This document shows positions 14,101 through 21,702 of a stretch of 25,998 bases of DNA, one piece after another. The DNA is from Pirellulales bacterium (GTDB taxonomy: Bacteria > Planctomycetota > Planctomycetia > Pirellulales > Thermoguttaceae): assembly GCA_030607895.1 (NCBI GenBank), contig JAUWJC010000001.1:1-25998 (forward strand), read 5' to 3'. Every line of letters starts with the position of its first letter. Positions within the stretch are counted from its first letter, which is position 1. The translations under genes were made by a program, and so were the position numbers. A model generated the notes under the pieces. The model did not search any database. It saw nothing but the letters and a program-made list of their open reading frames with translations, and was not told the origin of the DNA.

Positions 14101-15978
14101 ATCGCTCGGCAGGCTCGAGAGCACCTGGTTCGCCGTCTGAAGCAAGCGGACCGCCTGTTGGAGGCGGAGTTCGTTCTTCGGGAGATGGAGCGCTCGGCGG
14201 AGCCGGAAGGTGTTGCGGCCGCGGTGGTCGAACTGGCCGCGCTGTTGCGAGAGGCCAGGCTTCCGAAAGACGCGGCCGTCTGCTACAAGCGACTCCGCGA
14301 CGAGTTGGCCGATGTGGTCTGTCCCGGCGGCAAGACCGGCCGGCAGCTTGTCGAGGCATTGCCGGACGACGATCCGGTTAAGAAATGGCTCGGGCCCGCC
14401 CCATCGTGGCCTGCCGGCCTGGTCGAAACCAAGAAGGTCAAAACCCGAACTCCCCGATCTTCGAGCCAAGGCAGCTTCGCGCTCGACTACCTGGGAAATC
14501 GAGCCCCGTTCTTCTCCGACAAGCGCGTCGAGTTCAATCAGAGCCGGCGAGTGGCCGTGGGACGCGACGGCTACGGGAACCGGCTGTGGGAAACGGCACT
14601 AGCCCAGCGGAACAACCGGCACGGCTTCCCATTTAATAGGGGTTGGTCCCGCGTGGCCGCACGCGGACACTTGTTGCTTCTGTCGATGGGGTACAAGGTT
14701 ATTGCAATCGACGCGCTTCGCGACGGCTCGCCCGAGCGGCTCTGGTCGCAAGACTTGATCGAACCGGTATTCACCGGGTCGAAGCCTCCACTGCCGCGCA
14801 TCGCGGCGATCAACAACATGCCGTTTGGCATGCCGGCTTTCCACATGATGCGGCGCTACGCCAACACGATAAGCTCGTTGGGGGCGGTTACCGACCGGTA
14901 CGCCTGTTACTGGAGATTTCGCAGTTGCGTGGCCGCCGATCCGTTGACCGGCGAAGTGCTTTGGATACGACGCGACGTTACGCCGGGTAGCGCTCTTCTG
15001 GGAGACGATCAATATGTTTTCGCGGCACCGCCGGACGGGACCGAGGCGATGGTCTTTCAGGCGGCCGACGGCAAGCTGCTGGGTAAGCGAAAGGTCCCTT
15101 CCCCGGAATATCGCAAGGCAATCCTCGGCCGAAACGTGTTGGTCTGGCGCCTGGAGGACAACCGGCAAGTGCTGGATTTCTTCGATCCCTGGCAACAGAA
15201 GTCGCTTTGGCCGCCACGCAAGTTCTCGCCCGAGGCGAAACTTTGGGTGGCCGGCGAGCAAGCCGTGGGGGTATTCGAGCCCGACGGGCATTTCGTACTC
15301 GTTGCGCTGTCCGACGGCCGCACGATTGTCGACGCCAAACTCGAGCCGGAAGATCCCTTGTCGGAGATATTCGTACTTGCGTTGGGCGATCAATATATTC
15401 TCGTCACTCACAGCCGGCCGGCGAACATGGGTGGGATCAGACAGCCGAATCCGGTACCGCGGGTGTTGTCCAGGCCGATCATTCGCGGCCGGGCGTACGC
15501 CTTCGACCGCCAAGGCAAGAAGCTCTGGCCGGAACCGGTCGCTATCGAAAACCAACAACTGCCGCTGACTCAACCGGAACAGTTACCCATCGTTACTTTC
15601 GCTTGCCAGACATATGATCCGAAGGTCCAAGGCTCCAAGCGGCATAGGGTATCGGTGCTGTGCATCGACAAGCGCAACGGTCGGGTAGCCTTCCGCGACG
15701 AAATGGAGAACTCGACCAGCGTGTTCGAGCTTACCGGCAACCCCCGGAAGAAGACCGTCACGTTGGCTCTTCAGCGATACACCATTAACATGACATTCAC
15801 CGACAAGCCGCCCGCGCCGGTGTCGGAAACGAACAAGTCCAAGGCCGCGTCATCACAAAAGGGAAAGCTACCCAAGGCCACCGGGGCCATATTGAAAGCA
15901 CTGAAAAAGGGAGTGCAAGGGATTGCCCCCTTGGAAGCGATCGAGGAGGCCATCGAGAATTTGGAGATCGGGAAGTGA
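11200..15978 (+). CDS. Large secreted TPR + PQQ/BamB-like beta-propeller repeat protein (~1590 aa)
   Basis: GGAGGAGG RBS (11186-11193) before ATG 11200; hydrophobic signal segment; repeated D..TGK.LW propeller motifs interspersed with helical TPR-like segments (ALALHGEILLDSGKLAEAVDTL). Confidence 0.88.
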   Translation: MAPRREKGTRFNLPERPEGCFAQIKPGPFFPLEIALALLTAALWSTCAHGPVGPIVASGQVLGQMTPASGTAKAEDEFVENVFLPAERTALKQLSKARELLQTGRHAEAVRYLGAILEGPEDYFFQPDRNAPLHRSLKAEARQLIGRMPRRGLDLYELQSGARARQMLDEAAADGDAMRLAEISRRFFHTRAGYEATFLLGLYHLDHERPLAGALTLGRLQDASGTAELFEPALSLAIATCWLRAGMPERAQEVLAALSERNPNSTVRIAGKDVPLPGKQEKLVEWLTGAIGPLHQAAPIQPDRWTMVRGNASRNASSLGGAPLMNMRWHVSSTDHPMVDGILVYLDRIFKEQSVPVLPGLHPLAVDDVVLMRTARNLLAVDFATGKRLWEVPTDDLPGKLLLSGQKVASGYSQLAMGLSQRIWEDATYGTMTSDGRLVFSIEDLGLGLAVRNSRHIIINGRRQLNPDWPKPYNRLAAHDILTGKLVWHVGGSVDEFDLPEAGAFFLGPPLPLMGRLYVLAEVKGEIRLLALDGQSGKTFWSQQLAVAQRDILHSPLRRCAGVSPSYADGVLVCPTANGAIVGVEMATRSLLWGYRYARSPQFRHRPHGFMRFGILQNPSTTGRWSDANAILVDGRVLVSPIESDYLHCLALIDGERIWRHKREDDLFVACVCQGNVVLIGREKGRARTLADGTPAGDGRTVELPEGAVPSGQGFLAGNSYYLPLSTAEILAIDLATGAPVGTSKSRDGSVPGNLVCYRGNVISQGTGGVEAFYQLDALKKQIEQTLRRQPDDPDALALHGEILLDSGKLAEAVDTLRRSYKLAQDPKTRELLREALLDGLRQDFKASRSSAAQIEQLIDRPDQRAEYLQLMAAGLQASGQWQAALEHYVKLIELDQDHHRLERVDRSRSVRWDRRIRGELTELREAAPAEVKAEIDRMVEARLAAAVEATGPEPLGRFLDYFADHPIARQAREHLVRRLKQADRLLEAEFVLREMERSAEPEGVAAAVVELAALLREARLPKDAAVCYKRLRDELADVVCPGGKTGRQLVEALPDDDPVKKWLGPAPSWPAGLVETKKVKTRTPRSSSQGSFALDYLGNRAPFFSDKRVEFNQSRRVAVGRDGYGNRLWETALAQRNNRHGFPFNRGWSRVAARGHLLLLSMGYKVIAIDALRDGSPERLWSQDLIEPVFTGSKPPLPRIAAINNMPFGMPAFHMMRRYANTISSLGAVTDRYACYWRFRSCVAADPLTGEVLWIRRDVTPGSALLGDDQYVFAAPPDGTEAMVFQAADGKLLGKRKVPSPEYRKAILGRNVLVWRLEDNRQVLDFFDPWQQKSLWPPRKFSPEAKLWVAGEQAVGVFEPDGHFVLVALSDGRTIVDAKLEPEDPLSEIFVLALGDQYILVTHSRPANMGGIRQPNPVPRVLSRPIIRGRAYAFDRQGKKLWPEPVAIENQQLPLTQPEQLPIVTFACQTYDPKVQGSKRHRVSVLCIDKRNGRVAFRDEMENSTSVFELTGNPRKKTVTLALQRYTINMTFTDKPPAPVSETNKSKAASSQKGKLPKATGAILKALKKGVQGIAPLEAIEEAIENLEIGK
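11215..11289. repeat. 75-bp palindromic element inserted in frame in coding sequence (copy 1)
   Basis: Perfect 25-bp IR 11214-11238 / 11266-11290 around a 27-nt core; encodes EKGTRFNLPERPEGCFAQIKPGPFF. Confidence 0.9.
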
Positions 15979-17246
15979 GACGCAACATGCCTAATAGCGC
16001 GGTTTTAGCTACTACCGCGAAGCGGTTAGACAACAAAGCCCGGGGTCGCGCAGCGCACCCCGGGTTACGATGCCATCCCATCTGGCCCAAACCCCGAAGG
16101 GGTTTTACAACGTCCCGTTTTCGGCGGATGGTTAGCAGGATTTGTAAAACCCCTTTGGGGTTTAGGCCATCTTCTGTGACTCTCGCCCCGGGGTGCGCTT
16201 TGTTGTTTAACACCTTCGGCGTAAGACATCTGCTAACGCTATTCGCCCTGCTGGCCGCGGCACTTTGCCTATGCGACGCTCGGGTATTTGCCGGGTCGAA
16301 CAATCCCGACGTCCAACGGGCGGTCGGCCGTGGATTGGAGTGGCGGACGAATCGGCAGTCGCGGTTGGGCCACTGGACGGCCAACGACGGGCGGTACCCA
16401 ACGGCAATGACCGGCATGGCGGGCATCGCCTTTCTCTCGGAAGGATCGACCACCAACCAGGGGAAGTACGCGCCGCAAATCCGCCGCGCCGTCGACTACC
16501 TTGCCGGTCGAAGCCGCTCGAACGGCTTGATCGGCGATCCGACGCGCGACGACCGTTACACTTACGGCCACGGGTTCGGAACGCTCTTCCTCTCGCAAGT
16601 GTTGGGTGAGGAAGAAGACATCGACCGCCGCGAACAGTTGGTCGACGTATTGACCCGCGCGGTGGTCTTCACCGGCCGCGCTCAAACCAAAGAAGGCGGT
16701 TGGGGATACGTCAGCGCGAAGGACGGCCACGGGTTCGACGAGGGCTCGACGACGATCACTCAGGTGCAAGCACTTCGCGGGTGCCGGAACGCCGGGATTC
16801 CCGTCCCCACGGAAATCGTCGACAAGGCGATCGGCTACATCCGCAAATGCACCCGGCCCGACGGCGGAGTCCAGTACAACATCCGCGGCGGCAACGGCCG
16901 GCCGGCAATAACCGCCGCGGCCATCGCCTGCCTGTTCAACGCCGGCGACTACGATAGCGAGTACGTACCCAAGCTGCTGGGGTACTGCAAAAAGAACCTG
17001 TCGAACATCTCCAGCCGCGGGTTCGGCCATTGGCACTACGCCCATTACTACTACTCCCAGGTCCGCTACCGCGAGGGCGGCAAGGAGTGGGAAGAGTATC
17101 GCGACAAACTACACGCCCGGCTCCTCTCGGAAGCAGGTCCCGACGGCTCCTGGAACCAGGGCTACATCGGACCGGTGTATACCACGGCCATCAACTTGAC
17201 CATATTGCAATTGGAAAACGGCACGTTGCCGATTTATCAACGCTAG
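15975..17246 (+). CDS. Secreted prenyltransferase/squalene-cyclase-repeat (alpha/alpha barrel) protein; N-terminus interrupted by a repeat
   Basis: GTG overlaps the upstream TGA (GTGA). QW-like repeats QSRLGHW, QTKEGGWGY, RPDGGVQY and GPDGSW; hydrophobic LLTLFALLAAALCL signal; no DxDD cyclase motif seen. Exact start uncertain. Confidence 0.8.
   Translation: MRRNMPNSAVLATTAKRLDNKARGRAAHPGLRCHPIWPKPRRGFTTSRFRRMVSRICKTPLGFRPSSVTLAPGCALLFNTFGVRHLLTLFALLAAALCLCDARVFAGSNNPDVQRAVGRGLEWRTNRQSRLGHWTANDGRYPTAMTGMAGIAFLSEGSTTNQGKYAPQIRRAVDYLAGRSRSNGLIGDPTRDDRYTYGHGFGTLFLSQVLGEEEDIDRREQLVDVLTRAVVFTGRAQTKEGGWGYVSAKDGHGFDEGSTTITQVQALRGCRNAGIPVPTEIVDKAIGYIRKCTRPDGGVQYNIRGGNGRPAITAAAIACLFNAGDYDSEYVPKLLGYCKKNLSNISSRGFGHWHYAHYYYSQVRYREGGKEWEEYRDKLHARLLSEAGPDGSWNQGYIGPVYTTAINLTILQLENGTLPIYQR
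16013..16223. repeat. ~210-bp multi-hairpin REP/MITE-like element within the 5' end of the CDS
   Basis: End hairpins TACCGCGAAGCGGTTA / TAACACCTTCGGCGTA; CCCGGGGTCGCGCAGCGCACCCCGGG; inner IR AAACCCCGAAGGGGTTTTACAA (16089-16110) / TTGTAAAACCCCTTTGGGGTTT (16142-16163). Confidence 0.8.
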
Positions 17247-17255
17247 GGGTTTAGG

Positions 17256-17315
17256 CCGCTTGCGGCTTCGCACCGCCACGCCATCAACACCAAAAGTGTG
17301 CGAAGCCGCAAGCGG
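17256..17315. repeat. Inverted doublet of the 17-bp core CCGCTTGCGGCTTCGCA
   Basis: 17256-17272 and 17299-17315 are perfect reverse complements with a 26-nt spacer. Confidence 0.9.
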
Positions 17316-17351
17316 TTCCTATCGCACACCTGACACCCTAAAGGAAACGCA

Positions 17352-18407
17352 ATGCCAGACGAAGGATTAACCGCCCAGGACGCCGCGGCCGTCGAAAAAC
17401 TCGGCGATGCCCGGCAGAAGATCATGGACCAGCTATCGCAAGTGATCGTCGGGCAAACGGCCGTAATCGACGAGTTGCTGATTTCGCTGTTTAGCCGGGG
17501 ACATTGCCTGTTGGAGGGTGTTCCCGGCCTGGCCAAAACATTGATGATCAGCACGCTCAGCCGTGCGTTGAACCTTTCTTTCAGCCGGATTCAGTTCACA
17601 CCCGACCTGATGCCGGCCGACATCACGGGCACGGAGATCATCGAGGAGAACCGGAGCACGGGGAGCCGGGAGTTCCGTTTCCTGGAAGGGCCGCTCTTTT
17701 CCAATATCATTCTGGCCGACGAAATCAACCGGACTCCACCCAAGACCCAGGCCGCCCTGCTGGAAGCCATGCAGGAACGTCAGGTCACGGTGGGCCGGGT
17801 GCGGCATGCGCTGGCCGATCCGTTCTTTGTGCTGGCCACTCAGAACCCCATCGAGCAGGAAGGCACCTATCCGCTGCCCGAGGCACAGCAGGACCGCTTC
17901 ATGTTCAAGGTCTTCGTCAAGTACCCCAACTTCGACGAGGAGTTCGAGGGCGCCCGACGCACGACCACCACCATCAGCGACTCGATCGAGCCGGTGCTGA
18001 AGGCCGAGGAGATTATCGAGCTTCAGCGGATCGTTCGCGAGGTGCCGGTTACCGATCACGTGATTCGATATGCTTTGTCGCTGGTTCGGCAGACACGGGT
18101 GGGCGAGCCGGGTGTTCCGGAGTTCGTCGCGGACCAGATTGCTTGGGGCGCCGGTCCCCGGGCGGTTCAGTTCCTGGTATTGGGGGCGAAGGCCCAGGCG
18201 CTTCTGGAAGGCCGCACCCACGTTACCTGCAACGACATCCAGGCCCTGGCAAAGCCCGTCTTGCGGCACCGGCTCGTGCTGAGCTTCACCGCCCAGAGCG
18301 AAGGGGTCGGCGCCGACGCCCTGGTCGAGCGGATTCTGGCGGTTACTCCCACCAAGGAAGCCGCACTGACCAACGATGCCCGATTCCAAAAGATTTTTGC
18401 ATCCTGA
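17352..18407 (+). CDS. moxR: MoxR family AAA+ ATPase
   Basis: Walker [24 protein letters not shown], Walker [23 protein letters not shown] and [22 protein letters not shown]. Confidence 0.96.
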   Translation: MPDEGLTAQDAAAVEKLGDARQKIMDQLSQVIVGQTAVIDELLISLFSRGHCLLEGVPGLAKTLMISTLSRALNLSFSRIQFTPDLMPADITGTEIIEENRSTGSREFRFLEGPLFSNIILADEINRTPPKTQAALLEAMQERQVTVGRVRHALADPFFVLATQNPIEQEGTYPLPEAQQDRFMFKVFVKYPNFDEEFEGARRTTTTISDSIEPVLKAEEIIELQRIVREVPVTDHVIRYALSLVRQTRVGEPGVPEFVADQIAWGAGPRAVQFLVLGAKAQALLEGRTHVTCNDIQALAKPVLRHRLVLSFTAQSEGVGADALVERILAVTPTKEAALTNDARFQKIFAS

Positions 18408-19344
18408 CGTAATCAAGCGTATCTCGCGGCTGGAACTGCGCGCCCGCCACGTGGTCGAGGGATTTCTCTCGGGCATGCACCGCAGCCCGTACTTCGGCCA
18501 GTCGGTCGAGTTCCTCCAGCATCGCGAGTACGCCTGGGGCGACGACCTGCGCGACGTGGATTGGAAGGTCTGGGCCAAGCAGGATCGCTACTACGTTAAG
18601 CAGTACGAAGAGGACACCAACCTCCGCGCGACGCTGCTGGTCGACGTTTCCGGCAGCATGCGCTACGGCGCCGGCACGATGAATAAGTACGAGTACGGTT
18701 GCACCATCGCGGCCTGCCTGGCCTACCTGGTGCTGCGTCAGCACGACGCCGTCGGATGTATCGCCTTTGACGATGACGCGCGGATGACCGTCCCCCAACG
18801 CACCAAGCGCAACCATATCGATTCGATCGTCAAGGCCCTCGATATCAGCAAGCCACGGGAAAAGACCGACTTGTACCAGGTCCTCCGCAAGGCGGCCGAA
18901 AGCTATCCGCGGCGCGGCATGATGATTCTGGTTTCCGACCTCTTGGTCGAGCGCGACGGATTGTTTCGCGGACTGCGGCTATTGCGCAGCCGGGGTCACG
19001 ACATAATGGTACTGCACGTGATGGACGACGACGAGTTGGATTTCCCCTTCAGCGGCCCCACGCGGTTCGAGGGGCTGGAGTTGCCGCAACATCTAAGTTG
19101 CAATCCCCGCGCTCTGCGTGAGGGATACCTCGCCGCTTTGGGAAATTATCTCGAAGAAGTCCGACGCGGCTGCGTAAGCCACGGTGTCGACTACTCGCTA
19201 GTGCGGACCAGCCAGCCGTTGGACGCCGCACTGGCCGCATACCTGAGCAACCGTTTGGGAAGGCGGAAGGCGGAAGGGGGAAGGGGGAAGGGGGAAGGCG
19301 GAAAGCGTGCCGCTTGCGGCTTCGCACAAATCACTGACCACTAG
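18376..19344 (+). CDS. DUF58 domain protein (vWA-like MoxR partner); C-terminus runs into a repeat
   Basis: [36 protein letters not shown] and DVSGSM; overlaps the moxR 3' end. Confidence 0.92.
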   Translation: MPDSKRFLHPDVIKRISRLELRARHVVEGFLSGMHRSPYFGQSVEFLQHREYAWGDDLRDVDWKVWAKQDRYYVKQYEEDTNLRATLLVDVSGSMRYGAGTMNKYEYGCTIAACLAYLVLRQHDAVGCIAFDDDARMTVPQRTKRNHIDSIVKALDISKPREKTDLYQVLRKAAESYPRRGMMILVSDLLVERDGLFRGLRLLRSRGHDIMVLHVMDDDELDFPFSGPTRFEGLELPQHLSCNPRALREGYLAALGNYLEEVRRGCVSHGVDYSLVRTSQPLDAALAAYLSNRLGRRKAEGGRGKGEGGKRAACGFAQITDH

Positions 19345-19392
19345 CCACTGACCACTGGCCACTATCCACTATCCACTGCCCACTGGCCACTA
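19260..19392. repeat. Composite element: (AAGGCGG/AAGGGGG)n + CCGCTTGCGGCTTCGCA + (CCACTNN)n
   Basis: Purine heptamers at 19260-19302, core at 19310-19326, CCACTGA/CCACTAG/CCACTGG/CCACTAT units up to ~19392. Confidence 0.9.
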
Positions 19393-19397
19393 CCCAA

Positions 19398-21599
19398 ATG
19401 CCAACATTTGTCCACTCAGCCCTGCTCGGCGGAATGCTGATCGTCGGCGTGCCCGTGTTGATCCACCTGATCAACATGCTGCGCCACCGGCGCGTGGACT
19501 GGGCGGCCATGGAGTTCCTGCTCGAGAGCCAGAAGAAGAACCGCACCTGGATCATCTTCAAGCAGCTTCTGTTGTTGTTGATGCGGCTGGCGGCCGTCGC
19601 GACGATTGTGCTGGTGGTGGCACAACCCCTGTTGCGCAACCAATTGGGCGATCTGTTCGGCGCCAGCAAAACGCATCACATCCTGCTCTTGGACGACAGC
19701 TTCTCGATGTCGGACCGCTGGGCCGATACCAGTGCCTTTGACGAGGCCAAGAAGGTCATCGGGCGGATCGGCACCGAGGCCGCCCGGCAGGTTCAGCCGC
19801 AAACCGTCACCCTGTTGCGGTTCTCCCAGGCCGGCCGCACCGCACGCGGCACGCAACCCGACTTGCTGGAAGAACCGGTCGGCCCCAATTTCGTCGACCG
19901 GTTGCACGAGGCCCTCGGTCCGCTTGCCGCCTCCCAAATGCCCGCCGGCCCCAACCAGGCGCTGGAGGCGATCGGGCAATTGCTCGGCACATCCGACGAC
20001 GAGCACCGCATCGTCTACCTGATCTCCGATTTCCGCGCCCGGCAGTGGGAGGAACCGGCCGATCTCAAAACGCGGCTCCAGCACCTTGCCGACAGCGGGG
20101 CGAAGATTCACCTGGTCAACTGTGTCGAAGCGGCACGGCCCAACCTGGCAATTATGTCGCTTCGGCCGATGACGGGAACTCGGGCGGCTGGAGTCCCTCT
20201 GTTCATGGAAGTGAGCGTCAAGAACTTCGGCACCGCGCCGGTTAAGGAAGTGGCGGTCCTGCTCGAGGAGAACGGTCATCCCCGGCCGGCGGTGACAATT
20301 GCCGAGATACCGCCGGGCCGAACGGCCAGGCAGCGGTTCCAGGTAAATTTTCCCACGGCCGGCCAACACCGGATAACCGCCCGCCTGGAAAGCGACGCCG
20401 TGGCGGCCGACAACTTCCGCTACTCGGTTATCGACTTCCCCTTGGACGTGCCCGTCCTGCTGGTCGACGGCGGCGCGGAGGCCCTCGACGCGCGTTTCCT
20501 CAGCGCCGCTTTGGCGCCCGGCGGATCGGTTCGGACGGGCATCAACCCCCGGATCGAAACGCCCAGATACCTGAGTCTCAACCCGCCCGACGACTTCCAC
20601 GCCATTTACCTGGCGAACGTCGACCGGCTGGACGCCTCGGCGATCGAGGCGCTGGAGCAATACGTCAACGGCGGCGGCGGCGTGGCGGTATTCCTGGGGG
20701 AACAGTGTCGCGGCAAGTTCATCAACGAGCAATTGTATCGGGATGGGAAGGGTTTCTTCCCGTTGCCGTTGGCCGGGCGGCGGGAGTTGCTCCTCGACCG
20801 CCTCGAGCGGGCTCCCGACATGGAAGTGACCGGGCATCCGATCTTTCGCGTGTTTTCCGGCAAGCGCAACAGCTTTATCTCGATGGTGCTGGTCCAGCGT
20901 TACTTCGCCGCGGCGGAAGGCTGGAAGCCCGATCCCGACTCGACCACGCGCGTGATTGCCCGGCTCCGCAACGGGGCCCCGCTGGCGGTCGAGCGCAGCT
21001 TTGGCGAGGGTCGCGTGGTGGTTTTCCTGACGACGGCCGCCCCGCTCTGGAACAACTGGGCGCGGAACAACCCCAGCTTCGTGGTCGCCGTGCAGGAGTT
21101 GCAGGCGTACTTGTCCAAGCGGCCGTCTGCCGAGATTTTGCGCGCGGTAGGTTCACCGCTGGAATTGGAAATCGATCCGGCCCGCTACAAGCCGCAGGTC
21201 CGCTTCGCCACGCCCGAGCAGAACGCCGCCGCATCGGCCACCGTCGACGCGGTTCCCACGCCCGACGGCCCCCTGGCTGCCAGCTTTGCCGCGACCGACA
21301 CGAGCGGCATCTACGAAGCCCGGCTCACCGCGGCCGACGGAACGGCCGAAACCCGGTCTTTCGCCTTCAATGTTGAGGCCGACGAGGGCAACCTCAAGGC
21401 GATGGAAGGTCCGCGGTTGGCCGCACGGCTCGAAGGCGTTCCGTACGAGTACGAGCAGGCCGCCGTCTTCCAGTACGCCGCGCACGAGTTGGCCGGATAC
21501 AACCTCAGCGAGGCGCTGTTGTACTTCCTGATCCTACTCTTGATCGGCGAGCAAATCCTGGCATGGTCGGCCAGCTATCATCCACCCTCGCTTGGTTGA
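19398..21599 (+). CDS. BatA N-terminal double-TM domain + vWA domain membrane protein
   Basis: PVLIHLINMLRHRRVDWAAMEFL (BatA N-terminal signature), MIDAS DDSFS, C-terminal TM helix ending LLLIGEQILAW. Confidence 0.9.
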   Translation: MPTFVHSALLGGMLIVGVPVLIHLINMLRHRRVDWAAMEFLLESQKKNRTWIIFKQLLLLLMRLAAVATIVLVVAQPLLRNQLGDLFGASKTHHILLLDDSFSMSDRWADTSAFDEAKKVIGRIGTEAARQVQPQTVTLLRFSQAGRTARGTQPDLLEEPVGPNFVDRLHEALGPLAASQMPAGPNQALEAIGQLLGTSDDEHRIVYLISDFRARQWEEPADLKTRLQHLADSGAKIHLVNCVEAARPNLAIMSLRPMTGTRAAGVPLFMEVSVKNFGTAPVKEVAVLLEENGHPRPAVTIAEIPPGRTARQRFQVNFPTAGQHRITARLESDAVAADNFRYSVIDFPLDVPVLLVDGGAEALDARFLSAALAPGGSVRTGINPRIETPRYLSLNPPDDFHAIYLANVDRLDASAIEALEQYVNGGGGVAVFLGEQCRGKFINEQLYRDGKGFFPLPLAGRRELLLDRLERAPDMEVTGHPIFRVFSGKRNSFISMVLVQRYFAAAEGWKPDPDSTTRVIARLRNGAPLAVERSFGEGRVVVFLTTAAPLWNNWARNNPSFVVAVQELQAYLSKRPSAEILRAVGSPLELEIDPARYKPQVRFATPEQNAAASATVDAVPTPDGPLAASFAATDTSGIYEARLTAADGTAETRSFAFNVEADEGNLKAMEGPRLAARLEGVPYEYEQAAVFQYAAHELAGYNLSEALLYFLILLLIGEQILAWSASYHPPSLG

Positions 21600-21702
21600 G
21601 AGTTGAGAGTTGATAGTTGAGAGTTGAGAGTTGATAGTTGAGAGTTGCGAAGCCGCAAGCGGAAACCAAATCCTAAATCAGAAATCAGAAATCCTAAATC
21701 AG
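21595..21702. repeat. Composite element in reverse orientation: (AGTTGAG/AGTTGAT)n + TGCGAAGCCGCAAGCGG + (AAATCCT/AAATCAG)n
   Basis: The array begins at the BatA TGA stop, the core (rc) is at 21646-21662, and the second array ends at the next ATG. Confidence 0.9.

Noticed and set aside
19257-19301. Possible G-quadruplex in (GGGGGAA)3
   Set aside because: Only three long G-tracts with a distant fourth; explained by the heptamer array.
19260-19392. Heptamer arrays and spaced 17-bp cores as a possible CRISPR array
   Set aside because: No regular repeat-spacer periodicity, the cores are kilobases apart, and there are no cas genes.
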